A stretch of DNA of 64,000 nucleotides, from contig MU619241.1 of the NCBI GenBank assembly GCA_025201805.1, positions 155,783 through 219,782 on the forward strand. The letters are read 5' to 3'. This document shows, one piece after another, positions 36,848-53,548 of the stretch. The first letter of the stretch is position 1. Each line of letters opens with the position of its first letter. This stretch comes from Parasitella parasitica NRRL 2501 (lineage: Eukaryota; Fungi; Mucoromycota). Below the pieces are notes generated by a model. The model saw only the letters and a list, made by a program, of their open reading frames with translations, was not told the DNA's origin and did not search any database. Position numbers and translations under genes: made by a program.

Positions 36848-39101
36848 TTTTACAACTTTGTCAGATGTAAAATTCAATACTGAGCAATTAAAAATATAAT
36901 ATGGAGAAAAAACACGTGATATACACTATGCAATGTTAGGGCAAATGTTAGATAAAAGAGATTATAGTAAGTTTTGATTAAGAGAGTAAAGATGATGTTT
37001 ATTTAATAAATTTCATGTTATATTTATACTAATGGTAAGCTATTTCCAGAGGTTACCATGGTTTTGTATTTGTCTGTCTTGGTTTCTAGAAATTGCTATC
37101 TATTTATAATATAAATAAGACTTATGTTTCTTGAACTTTCTGGAAGGAGGTACTCTTGGCTTGAACTTGCGTTTACCCGGCTTGGCCATTGCTACCTCCG
37201 GAATACCTGCCGAACCAGTACTGACAAATTTGACAAATAAAATATGCATATTGACTATTTAAAAATGTAATGTATTTGTTGTACCAGGTCTTGAAATTGA
37301 GCACAGCGGATGATTGTATATGATATAAAGAACATAAGAAAGTAATAAAGACTAAATTTACCAGATACAAAAACTATTGATTTATTGATTGACAAAAAGC
37401 TGTCTATTTATATTAGAATAAATCTATCTAAATCAATCTATAAAATACAATCAGGTCTTGTTTGACATTTAATTGTCAAACAAGATTATAACACAGTAGT
37501 AGTCAGAGTAAGACCTATTTCTATATTTAATCAGCTAATCGTTATGAATGTGAATCATTCATCGATAATTTGAGCTTCGCAATTTAGAATAAGTAGAACC
37601 CAAATAGATGGTTTCTTATACAAAACATTCTATTGAATACTTCTATTTACTAGATAGAATAATCAATGCCATTTAACCTTAGATCCTATCAGGAATGGTT
37701 GCCATGACAACTGAGTTGAAATAATGGTAACCATGGTATTCTATATGGATACAACACTGTTGTGGTTAAGGGTACAGCGAAACGCAGTAAAAAAATATGA
37801 AAAAGCAAGATACGATTAAAATCCTTCTTTATTTAAAAGTGGATTAAGTGTGCAGACAATTGTATTGTTATTTCTTAACGGTTCCATTATTCTTTATATG
37901 TTGTGTTATAAATTCTAATCAACCATCCTGGCTTATTAGTAGTATACTATCATGCTACTTGGGTTGATTAGAGATGGTCATTCATCAGGAAAATAGAATA
38001 ATTCTATCGTAGCTATCCTAACCTTACGTGAATGTGAATATTATTGAGTTGTTTATTGACGCTGTTGATCTAACGATAGATCAAGGGCGGCATTTTAAAC
38101 ATGTTTTTATTCATGCGATTATGAGGCTATCTTTGTTTGATGAATTGTTCCTTTTCAGGCTTTAGTTTGTGGCACATCATGCTATTTTGACATATGTCAA
38201 TTTCTATCCTGCTATTTGTTTATCTTTGTAGTTATAGCTACTATTATTGGAAAGATGGCAATATTTTATGATGGGAATCCAGTCTAGTTGACTTCAAAGG
38301 GTACTTCTGCAAACATCATGTAGCTTTTTACTTTAGTATTGATTGAATTGGGTTTGAGTATTTAATCATCAATTTTGTGATGACAAGGGAAGATAACGGA
38401 TCTGGCAGTGGATTAATTGAGGGAATAAAGATGTCATGCTTCAATACATGTAAAAAAGGGTAGCCTTTTCTTTTCCGTTGTACGATGTATACGTTACCAA
38501 TCCTTTTCCTCTTCTTGCTTTTGCATATTCCCAGAAATCCTAGTCGTCATCTTTGACCAAGAGCATTATGGCTAGTCTCTTAGTGCACTGTAACACAGGC
38601 GTCGTTTAATGTCAATTTCTTGATTTTTCATCCAATTTTCTACAAACACCATAAATTGGGCGGGCTGTAAACCTGGTAAAATCTCTACTTTCTGGCGCTA
38701 GTGGACGAGAAGGATCTGAAGTTGAAAATGGATCGTTTAAAAAGTGTGTGGTCTTAGACATGACATATAGTAATGTGGAAAGTTGGCTGCTTTTTACTGG
38801 TCTTTTTTTGGGTGTAGTAGTAGTAATAGGAGTAGTAGTAGTAGAAGAAGAAATTAGGCCCTACACGAAACGGTATGGCTTATCAGACGATTACTATAGC
38901 CAAATGTATATATGGAAACAAAGCTTTCAGAGGTTTGAGTAATTCATTTTGCTTTACAAGTTTGCTTGCTTCTCAGGAAAATCAACTTTGAGGCTGCTTT
39001 TTAAGTGTTTTTAATGCAACAGAGAATATATTACTTGAAGGCTAAATAATTAATTATGTGAACTGGTGCAATTCCAACAAAATTTTTAGAAAGAAAAATA
39101 A

Positions 39102-40571
39102 TCAAGATTCCATCCATTTAAAGGAACCCATCAAAATATGTTTCTTGGGTAATCTGCCAGGCGATGGCGACAAGATGGTAACCTTCCTTTTTTCATCATC
39201 TACATCCGATCTATCAGATAGAAGAAATGAGTATTCATTCATCAAGCATCTGAAAAAGACTTACACATATACAAAGCCTGCAACATTACTCTCCAGCAAT
39301 CTGTTTTCATGTTCATCTTGGTCCGCATTTAAAATAGCCAATATGGAATGCAAGCACATGTCGAAATTATCTACCTTGACGACTTGTGTTTCGTTTGAAG
39401 ATCCTTCCATACCTAATGGTAGAGCACTCGAAGGTGCAATCACGTCTCCTACTCGCCAAACCTTGATATCATCATAATTGACGAGCATACTGTAAGGAGA
39501 TAATTCACATTTAGGTGTGCCATAAAAGTATTCATGAATTTTACTCCTTTGGAGACGAGTTTTGAACTGCCTGTCTCGTTCAACAACGCCGCCAGATTTT
39601 GATAATTTGACAACTGACACATTTTTATTACTAAAGATCCGACTCATATCACTGTAAAGTCGTTCATGGCCGAGCACAATTAGAACATTCACTATACAAA
39701 AATTATTACAATTCCATATATCAAGCATAGCTTTGTAAATTACCAGAAAAGTTTTCAACAACATGCTTGATAATATCGTAACCTACTTGATCTACCAAAC
39801 CAGCAGTATCAATGATGAATCCTGAATTTCGACACTCTTCATCCACGGCCATCCTACTTCTGATAGCCTCTGAAAGACAAGATGTGACCAATTTGTACAA
39901 TTTGACATTTTCACTAGGATTCTCAAATCCATAATAGTAAGCGAGGGGCATGGTAGAAGAGCCCATTGATGCAGCTGTGGTTGCTGATGAACCGAATCCT
40001 TCTTCAACGTCGATGTTACTACTGATGCAGGTGGCTGTAACTGTACCGGGCATTGTGATGGATCCTTCTGTCGTGTCCAAAGATACATAAATAGGGTTCC
40101 CTCTTTGTCGCAAACAATAGCTAACTAAAATCTTACACAGAGAAGTCTTTCCAACGTCATGGGGCCCTATCACCAATACACGAGGACCCAAGTTATGTCC
40201 AGTCTTAGCATTTTGTCTCAGTTGTTCAAGTGCTAAATGCGTATTCAGATAACTTGTCATGGGTGTCTCATTTGCTGTATATTCAACCAAAAAAGTGCCT
40301 TTTACTTCCAATGTACAGCCGTGCCATGTGTATACGGCTGCTTTTCTACCTGTAAACGTGTATGTGATGCCAACAGCTAACTCGGTTCCGAAGATTTCTG
40401 CAGTGCCTTTTACCAATTTTAATTGAGCTTTTGTGTTGAATTCGACTTCAAAGCGAAACTCATGATCAGGCTCCAACGTGATTTCACGCGATGCCTCTGT
40501 ATCTTGCTTTATACAACGATAATGAGCCAATGTTTTATTGTTGTATGAAATTCACAAACCTTGTCTTGCAT
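39102..40571 (-). CDS. CLP1: Polynucleotide 5'-hydroxyl kinase / mRNA cleavage factor Clp1 (3 introns)
   Basis: EFRFEV, GTAEIFGTEL, GPHDVGKTS, IIDTAG, KSGGVVER, APSSALPLG. Confidence 0.95.
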
Positions 40572-40734
40572 ATCTAATTTAGTCAATTAGTAAACAAGAA
40601 CTGCAAGAACTGCCAAAGCCATTTGATGGCAGGCAACTAATGTCTACCATAGTCACAGAGATCAACAAAAAAAGTCGTGAATTATACAACCTTTTGGGGG
40701 ATTCCATTTTTTTTTTTTTTATTGACTTGTAAAC

Positions 40735-42275
40735 ATGAACTTGACTACATATCTCAATAAACTTTCTTTGCATATCAACAATGAAAACGGGAAACTAGTT
40801 TCTTCGCTACTATCACTAACTCATAATCATGTGAAAGGATTGGTAAATCATGTTATTGATGTAAGTTTCGTTTATTCGCAAAAAGAAATCGCAATTTATA
40901 CTCTTTATATTGCAGCCACAACAAATCGAAATCACTTGCAAAAGCAAATTAGAGGCTCCATGGAATGATGTGGCAGCAAATCATTTAAAAACACTTGGTC
41001 ACGTAGATGCAGAAGATTATGAAGAAGCATTCGAAACACAAAAAGAATTAGTTCAGTAAAGTAAACTTATCTATCATTTGAAAAATAGCAATGATTAAAT
41101 GAATCTTATAGAGCATTTCAAAGGGGTATGTCTAATATGACTCGTTGGTGTTTACCTGCATTATATGTTATCAACAACGATCTTCGTATCATTGCTTCCA
41201 AAGCTGACGACCAAGCAGATGCAGCGGTCGAAGGACAAAGAAAGAAATTGGAAGAGGCAGCTAACGTGATTAGTAAATCATTTACATACTGTATCACTGA
41301 TCGAGGTGTATTAAACTCTTCCAAAAAGTACGGTACTTATTGTATGATTGGCATCTTGTTTAGAATCTATTTCAAGGTAAATCTTCACAATGCTGCATCC
41401 ACATCTCTTTCTAACACTCAAATATTTAAAGTTAAAGCAACAAAACCTGTGCAAAAATATCCTCAGGGCCGTTAAAGCCGCAGACATGCCATCCATCGAT
41501 CAGTATTCAAAGAGTGACCGAGTTACATTCAGGTACTATCTTGGTAGACTTTATTTTCTGGAAGAAGATTATGTGAAAGCCGAGCATGAATTGGACTTGG
41601 CTTTTAAAGAGTGTACCAATAAACATATCAAGAACAAAGAGTGAGTTTAAGCATAATTTTCAAGAGAGGTGCTGCTAATTGATATCTTTTAGACTTATTC
41701 TACAAACATTATTACCTGTCAAATTAATGCGCGGAATATTACCAACAAGAGCTTTGTTTGGAAAGTTTACAAGAGCACGCATGATTTACAGTGCATTAGC
41801 AACCTCGATAAAAATGGGCAATGTGAAGGCATTCAATGTTGCATTGACTCATTTGGAATCATTATTGATCAGACAGGGCACTTATTTCGCTATTGAAAAG
41901 GCAGAGAACATTGCTATTAGACAGTTGTTTAGAAAAGTGTAAGATTATTAAGCTTTTCTTTTTATAACATTTCAACTGATGATTTATTTTATTGGTAGAT
42001 ATCTTGTCTTAGGCCTTAATACCAGAATTCCTATTCTTACATTCAAAAGGGCTCTGGAATTTGAAGGCATGAATGTGGAAATTGAAGAAGCTGAATGGAT
42101 GTTGGCTAATATGATTTATAAGGTAAATTTTGATTTTTCTTTAACCTCTTTAAGCGTACAACTGCTAATAGCAAATTAGGGCTACATGAAGGGTTACTTG
42201 TCTCATGAAAAAATGTTTCTAGTGCTGAGTAAAGATAATCCATTTCCTTCAGTGGCACAAGTTGCTCAAGCTTGA
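40735..42275 (+). CDS. PCID2: PCI domain-containing protein 2 (Csn12/Thp1-like; 6 introns)
   Basis: FTYCITDR..SKKYG, LFRIYFKLKQQNLCK, VTFRYYLGR, LANMIYKGYMKGYLSHE. Confidence 0.92.
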
Positions 42276-42866
42276 TATATGACGTGCCAAATAAAATTTG
42301 TTCGAGCAAGACCATAGTTTTTCAATCTGTATTGCACATGTACATCCCCACAGCCTCAAGTTAGCGATGTATCTTGCTTGAAGCAGTAATAGTTAAAGGA
42401 AACAAAAGCCTTTTCTGAATATTTTTCAATGAATGATATATTTTGATTCTTCTAGTACAAGTCATTTATAGGCGTAAACAAATATTTGAGAAGTTTGCAC
42501 CGATTTCAGAACGAACAAGGTAGTGATTGTATATGTATTTTGTGAAAACATATACGTTTACTGTTTGAAAGAAAAAAGTAGTTATAGAAAGTAATGATGA
42601 TTCTGCGAGTGATAACATGTGACATAAATTTTACGGATTCGAATGACAATAGAACCATCTGCATGCGAAACTTTACCGTAAAATGTTGCTCTAGTGAATT
42701 TTCTATTCAACATTTTTTCAGCAAGAAAAAAAAAAAAAAAAATTGATAAGAAAAATATAATTACGAGAAAAGTGCAGTAATATGGAGGTTTTCAGGGTTA
42801 ATAAAGTTTAGAAGTGATGATGTGGTAATGATAAGAAGAAAGAGGAAGGGTAAATGAAGAATGAGA

Positions 42867-45616
<2,750 letters not shown>

Positions 45617-47112
45617 TTTTGATAATTATATGTTTTCTTTATATTCACAATAGGAAAAAAAAATCAAGACTTTCTCTCCTATACTTGCAGTTTATCTCTT
45701 CCCCTTTCGTAAATAAAATATAAAGATAGTATCTTGTATATAAACAAAGAAAGAAGAGGGCAAAATGTTGTAATATATAAAAGAAAGTTAAAAAGAAAAA
45801 GAAAAAAAGGTTTATTTAGGAGAAGAGGAAAAAGGAAGAAGAAAAAAGGAAAAAAGAACTTGCTTAGCAATAAAACGCTTTTCTTATTACATCTACCTCG
45901 TGATTGTTGGTCTGTAAAGCCTTACCATCCATTGAAACCCCGTATTGAGGTAAGCTACATGTATTACATTGTTAGCCACAAGTAACCTTGTTGCTATTGC
46001 AAGGTGAGATTAATGATTGAATATTTTAAAAGTTTATGTAAGATCCTATACTTATAGACAACCTTTTTGAACTGTCTATTTGTGTAGTGACCTAGACTGT
46101 ATTAATAATCATTTCATGTGGGAGGACACATAATGAAAAGAAGCATTGGAAACTATTCATATTCCATAGCCGAAAAATAAGCCTATATCTGAAGACAGTA
46201 ATATATAGAAACAGTGTGGACACATTGACCATTTGAAATGCGACTCTTTTTTGCAATTGATTCTCTCGTCAATATATTCGGCAACATTGCAAGAAACATC
46301 TATCCATATACATTGGTGTTACCCGAGAAAACCGGAATTAACTTTTCACATTAGTTGATGTTGCCAAGTACATATTATCCTTGGTAAACCATTTTAAAAA
46401 AAAGAGTTTCAGTAGCCACACAAGCAAATATCAATAGCGAACGATTTTTCTCTTTGCAGTAGAAATACTATTAACTGAAGATGGATCGTTTAACGCTTAT
46501 TGGAAAATCGATTATCAACTTTTTATGATGATAAAGCCCTTAGATCAGATTATCAAGATTGATATAATACGGTATTGCAGTTTTTATTCCTGTTGCTTGC
46601 GTTTCATTCATTTCTGTGATGTTGATTTCGAAAACTTTTTGATTTTTATTTAATGGCTCATGAGATCTAGTATCATATCGTTTATTGTATCTTACTTGGA
46701 GTAAAAATAGTATGAGCGTCATGCTATACGCTATCTATTGATTCAAATGTTGCAAATATGTTTCATTTATTGCACGAGCCAGGTTTTCATGAACAACATC
46801 TTTTGATTGCAGGCATACAAAATTGTGATTTACTTATAAGATCACCATCTAGTCAAAAAGAATTACTATTGCTCAGTAAAACTCCATTATAATGAGTGGT
46901 TGGAAATAACCAAGAATCCAATTGATAAATTACAACAGCTTGTTGCTGACAGTTCGAAACAATGAAAACCAAATGACGGCGTGAAATGGCAACCACTATG
47001 CAACAAATAGTGATGTACGTCACTATTTTTACTGCATTCATTGGCTAAATTGCTCTGCCAAGCCATCCCTATAAATAGTGGGAGCAAGTTTTCTTTTCCA
47101 ACCTCTTTAACC

Positions 47113-47608
47113 ATGTCCAGTACACCATTTTATGAGTTATATCGTCGTTCAAGGTAAGTAGCATAGGGTGCAACACGATTGTATTCGAAACAAGAGCAAA
47201 AAAAATAGTAAAATGAGCATTTATTTACAACATTTACATAAAAAATTCAGCATCGGCATGGCTTTGACCGATTCTTTAGATGAATTAATTCAGAGTGGAC
47301 ATATCAATCCTCAGTTAGCTATGCGTGTATTGATGACTTTTGATAGAAGCATCTCTGAAGCCCTTTCGCAACTTGTTAGAAATAAAGCAAATATAAAGGT
47401 TTTTATCAGAGGCTTTATTACAATTTTTTTTTATCTTGTAATATTAAATGTGTTGTTGATATAGGGCCATTTACATACTTATCGTTTCTGTGATGAAGTT
47501 TGGACCTTTATAATTGAAAACCCTAATTTTAAATTCGATCAAGATACTGTTTCAGCTGATAAAGTCAAAATTGTTGCTTGTAATGCCAAAAGACCTGGAG
47601 AACAATAA
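47113..47608 (+). CDS. TOA2: TFIIA gamma subunit (2 introns)
   Basis: [44 protein letters not shown]. Confidence 0.96.
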
Positions 47609-49434
47609 TAAAATCTCCTTGTTTACAACTTTTTTTCGTGGTTGTATTGTAGATAAACTCCATATATAAAATTTTCCACTCACACAATTTCTCTCGCCTT
47701 AAAACATCTATTGCCCTTTCCTTTGTGAATATAAATAAAATTTCTTTTAAAATTGCATGACAAATGAAGGACTCAAATTCATATACTATGACACCTTTTT
47801 ATATTGTGATCCATCCTTAAATACGTACTAGATTTAGCAATAGGCGTATAAACCATGTTTACTGTTAAATTGTGAAGCTTGTTCAGCACAATTAGGACTA
47901 TTAGTTGAGCAGCATCACTAGACTATCACAACACTGGGCGGTGTGTCTATCAAAAGTTACCTGCAAGATATACTATCAAATACTAGAAGATAATGAAAAT
48001 ATGTGGCATCAACGAAAGAATAATATGATAAAGAGCAAAATAAAGCCTGCTTTATACTTCATTAAAGCAGCATAATTATCGCTATCTAAGCATAACTTGG
48101 TTTCCACTAGGGGATGTGTCTATCAAAAGTTATCTTCAAAATTTATCATAAATGTAAAATATTTGGTACAACTTCTGCTAAATTAACAGTAGAACCGAGA
48201 TTGAACTCGTAAATTTCTTTTTCTATTACCAACAAGGTTCCTAAATACTGCGGCGATGTGAGGAGAGCCAGATCAGCTTGATGCTGGACATAGTAGAGAT
48301 CACGATCATATATACCAGAAATATCCTAACCTGACGTTGATTCTAGCGTATCTGGTGCAGGAACACGAAAATCTTGTGAGGATTGAATGGAGACGATTGG
48401 TTTTTTTTCAATGCGATCAAGGACTCCTTTGCTTTCAATGGCTACTATGAAATAATCATCATTCGTCTTTTGATTGTAGTAGATGTATCCAGCAGATTAG
48501 ACGTCAACCAAATCAATTTTATGAGCACCATTGGCTACAATTATTCTAGTGTTCATTGTTATACGCTTGTGATTCACCTTACTACTTGCAAGTGATATTG
48601 TACAAACAGAGATTCAAACACGCCTGACAAAAATTTCACCAAGTTATCCAGTTCTATGCTGTGTTTTTTGTACGGATGCACACATTGTTAAGGCATTGAA
48701 CGAGATTTCTCTATCTATTGATGACAAAAAGGTACCATTATGTCTGATGGCATGGATATATCCCAAACCGACCATGTAACTACTCTGGGTAGTAATGATA
48801 ATCGAGTAAAGATGTCTCAAGATATTGAGAGACTGAAATTCAAGTTGTTGTATTAGGTACCGTTGATTAACAACTTTCTTAATCGTATCAATAAATATCT
48901 TTGATTGTTGCGAAGATAGCACTGAATAAGAACATTCCTAGTGTTTTAACTCCAACAGAAAAGTGATTTCTGTTGTAATTGGCAAAAATATTTAATTTGA
49001 GGGGAATATTGGTTTGATCTGGTTTGGTTAGTTTCGCCTGCCTAGTCTTTCAGCCTTCTCGCATTCATACCTTTGACATAAAGAAAGGTGGATCACTTCC
49101 TTAGGCCCAATGCTCAAATTGAAAAGTATGAAAATGATGTATTTGAACCCTCTCGCGAATGCTGGAGGGTAATTCGTGATATCTCTGTTGAAGCATTCCC
49201 TGAATGTAATACATAATCAAACGATCGCATGCTGAAGAGCGCAAGTAATGCTCAATGCTCAAAAATCGGCACACGATCGCAATAACACAATCTAGTATAA
49301 ATGAAATAAGCATGCAAATACCCAAAATGATCCAAAACAAAAGGCTTTAATGGTTAAAGCTAATATACGAAACTATACACATTAATGAAAACAATGATCG
49401 TCATGATATTAAATTAAAGAAAGTCGTAGAAGAT

Positions 49435-51152
49435 TTAATAGTTCTCCCATCCAACATTATCAAGCTTTTCAACTTTGTTCATGACTTCGCCTTCCATCTT
49501 CTCCATATAAGCAGCCATTTGCTCTTGAATACCAGGAATTGAAGCACCCAAAATACGGATAGCAAGCAATGCAGCATTAGTACTGTTATTGACAGCGACA
49601 GTAGCAACGGGAATACCACGGGGCATTTGGACAATACTATAAAGAGAATCCACACCATCAAGAGAGCTACCCTTAACAGGAACACCAATGACAGGTAGAG
49701 GTGTCATAGCAGCAACCATGCCAGGCAAATGAGCAGCTCCACCAGCACCAGCAATGATTGCCATTAAGCCACGTTGAGCAGCAGATTTTGCATATTCAAC
49801 CATGCGTAAAGGAGTACGATGAGCAGATACAATAGATAGTTCAAATGGAATACCAAAATCCTTCAAAATCTGAGCACCCACCTTCATGACAGGTAAATCA
49901 CTATCAGAGCCCATAATCATGCCAACCAAAGGTCTCAACGTCAGAGGTCTCTCAACGTCAGGCTCAATTTCCTGCAAAATAGGCTTCAAGTTCTTTTGAA
50001 CTTGCATCATTGATTCGCCAACCAAGGTAATATGGCCCATCTTACGTCCAGCTCTTGACTCCTTTTTACCATATAAATGAATTGTTGCTCCATCAGTAAG
50101 TAAAGCGGCTTTACAAGGCTTGTAGCAAGCTTCTATGTCACCATTTTCGCCTAAAATATTGACCATAATGGATGCAGGAACCTTCATGGCAGTAGATCCT
50201 AAAGGCAAATCTAAAATAGCACGCATATGGTTTTCGTATTGAGAAGTTTCACAGGCCTCGATAGTGTAATGACCAGAATTATGAGGACGAGGAGCAATTT
50301 CATTCAATAAAATCTCGCCATCAGCCATGACAAACATTTCTACACCAAAGATACCGGCTCCTGGGAATGATTTGATGGCATTCTCAGCAATTTTTTGAGC
50401 CTTAACAGCTACACTACCATCAATTTGAGCGGGAGCAATCACAAGATGGCAAATACTGTTTTTGTGGATAGTTTCCACCACAGGATATGAACGAATTTCA
50501 CCGTTGGCTCGACGAACAACCATGACAGCCAATTCCTTGACAAAAGGAGCCCATTTTTCAGCATACAAGGGTGTCTTGGAGAGAGCAGAGACAGCCTTTT
50601 CAACATCGGCCTCAGTTTTGACAACGTAGTTGCCCTTGCCATCGTATGCCATAGTCTTGGATTTGAGCATCAAGGGATACCCAAAGTCTAGAGCAGCTTG
50701 TTTGACAGCTTCAGCATCTTTAGTCTCCCGGTATTCTGCCACGGGAATATTATGAGATTCTAAATATTGTTTCTGCTTGAATTTGTCTTGGATCGTTTTG
50801 ACAGTAAATGCCGAAGGACATACACGAACACGGCCTTCTTTTTCGATCTTTGCTAATACATCAGCATCAACATGCTCAATCTCAACAGTCAAAACATCGA
50901 CTTGAGAAGCCAGCTCTGAAATTTTGGTTGCATCATTAAAAGCTCCAGCAATATGAGATTGGGTAGATTCAATCTGCTTGGCAGGTGCATCAACAGGGGC
51001 ATCCAGGATAGTGACCTTGAGATTAAGTCTGGACGATGCTTCAACCATCATACGGCCTAACTGACCACCTATTCATGAAATAAGGAGCTAATAATTGTGC
51101 CATAAGTATGTTTTCTCTTACCTCCAAGAATACCAACTCTTTGATAATCCAT
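49435..51152 (-). CDS. ADE2: Phosphoribosylaminoimidazole carboxylase (PurK-PurE fusion; 1 intron)
   Basis: [55 protein letters not shown]. Confidence 0.97.
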
Positions 51153-52491
51153 TTGTTTATATGCTTAAAAGCTTTTGTAGAGAACAAAGATTGATGTAGT
51201 GTTTGAGGGGCTTCAACTAGGTTAAAGCAATGGTTTACCAGTGACTGTCCATCTGTGAGTAATGGCACAGCACATATGCATCTATCATTTGAAATAAATG
51301 ATGTATCTATTATATAGCCAGAAAATGTATTGCCCAAGAGAAAATCAGGATATATAAAGCTTACGATAATATTATTTGCCATTGATTGTACTTAATAAAA
51401 TCCTGTTGATTTAATAGATAAATAGATCCAACGGCAGATGAAATGAGTCAAATTTGAAGTATTCTACATCAGTGTTACACATTGAGATGACATTTGGATT
51501 TTACTTAATGACGTCTACTTAATACTATGTTCCATAGTATATGAAGGCAATTCTAGTTTTTAGAGAACACCAAGAAAAGTAGATCCATCAGGAGAGATTC
51601 ATCCAAACTTGTCTTATCTCATTTCCTAAGTTTACTGCATTTAAAGGATTTTTCAAACTGTTTACACAACATCAAAAAGCCTAAATGTACGCTTATCTCA
51701 CTCTGATAAGTCAAAAGCAATGGAGCATATGTATGTTTTTCATACAATCGAGTCTAATATCCATAAAGATACGATTGTATTTGAAATTCAATAGCATTTA
51801 CTAAAACATTTATTAGAAACTAGTGTAGATCTGCATATTAATCGAATTTTCTAGTGAATACATTAGAGGTAGATGATGATTTAGTATAATAGTTGTCCCG
51901 AAAACACACATAGGAATAATCAGCCCTTATGGTTTATCCACTTCACATGCGTTATGAATGAATTCGATCTAAACAAAGTAAATGGCATTCGCAAAAACAT
52001 AGGCCTTGAGAAGAAGAAAAAAATTCGTAGAAGCTCGATTGTTTATACATCGAAGAAAAGGGAGAGTTCATAAACTTCAATAGCGATAGAGTGCTTTCTC
52101 TCGGACCAGCCAGTAAATAGAATCAAAGGTTATTCACGTATTTTTTTGAAAGCTGATCTGCCACATCAAAAAACGTTGTATACATCAGAGTATAGATATA
52201 CCTGTTCACGAATTCGGTTGTTAGATCAAAGAACTGTCAAAGCAGATTTTGTCGGTTGGTATTCATTTAGGAAAGGTTATACTATATAAGCGGTTTCCTT
52301 AAATTAGATGGCGGTCCGTAGTCATTCTATGCATGTGTTCCTTATTGCGAGTTGCTTACTGTAGTTTCAGTGCTTGTAATCGTCTGGAATTCAAACAATA
52401 CCTAATAATCCTTTCGGAGTTGCAGAGAATCTTCTTCATCTGGTAACACATTTGATTGAAGAACTTCTCTTTCCTGAAACCAAACACTATT

Positions 52492-53511
52492 ATGCCAAGC
52501 GTCTTACACCTTGTAGCCTATGGAGCAACTGGCCTTGCATTTTGCTTTGTTGTTCTTAGTTTAGGTAATTTAAAATATTATAGGGTTGGATAATCGGTGG
52601 TGATTAATATCGTTGAAACTAGCTTGTGGCCTTTACTACCTCGCTGAACTGGTATGATTTTATTCGATAGAGATAAGTTTTTACAAGCTGATATCTCGTT
52701 TACAGGTTGAAGAATACTCTGTGTATACGAAAAAAGTGATCAAGTGGATGACAGCTGTAAGAGACTGATATGTTGCAATAGCAACCAACCTTATTAACGT
52801 GTCAAATAGTGTATAATTTCGTTGCATGTCTTGTTTTGGATATTTGATGGGTTGCCATTCTTTCATCTGGCATTTTCTATCTTCTCCCATTGTGTCTATA
52901 GTTTGAATCTCAAGAATTTTCCCTTTATCAGCTTAACGAGCATTCCATTCCTCAGTAGTTGTGGTAAATTTTGCGTATGCAGCATGATCTTGTACCAAAA
53001 TTTAAAGCGTTTTCCTAGTTCTTGTCTTTGCCGATCATTTCTTGTGGTTCAATTACTTTACTAAACATTACAAGCCGTTTATGGACATTGCTGCGTTTTT
53101 TGGCTTGTGTGTATGGCTTGTACCTTTTGCTTATTTTATAAGTTTAAGTGCAAACGATAACGCTTTGCCTACAAGTGGTAAATTTGTGAACGTCAAGCCA
53201 GTCATAAATCGAAATGAAAAAGACTAAATGAATGCTGTATAGATCATGCATTTGTTGATGCAATCCCAAATCAACAAAAACAAGGATTAATGAAGACTTT
53301 ATTGAGCGTAATCGGTATTAAAACGCAAGATACGTCGATGCCAACAATGTCAGCAGCAGGAGCAGTAGCAACGCAGTCTAACTTCAATTCTACAGCATAC
53401 ACATCACCTACACATTCATCGTCTTATGGTCAATCACCTTCAAATGTAGGTGCAGCATCCGGACTTCATTATTCACCATCAAAAAATATTCAAAATAGAA
53501 AAGCATTATAA
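52492..53511 (+). CDS. SVP26: Svp26/TEX261 ER-Golgi membrane protein (5 introns)
   Basis: LSLACGLYYLAELVEEYSV, ADHFLWF, FFGLCVWLVPFAYFISLSANDNALP. Confidence 0.92.
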
Positions 53512-53548
53512 GATTCCGGGAAACGATATTAATAAAATAGTCTATATA

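Noticed and set aside
45734-45985. Lys/Arg-rich ORF
   Set aside because: It is the complement of the pyrimidine-rich RSP5 5' region.
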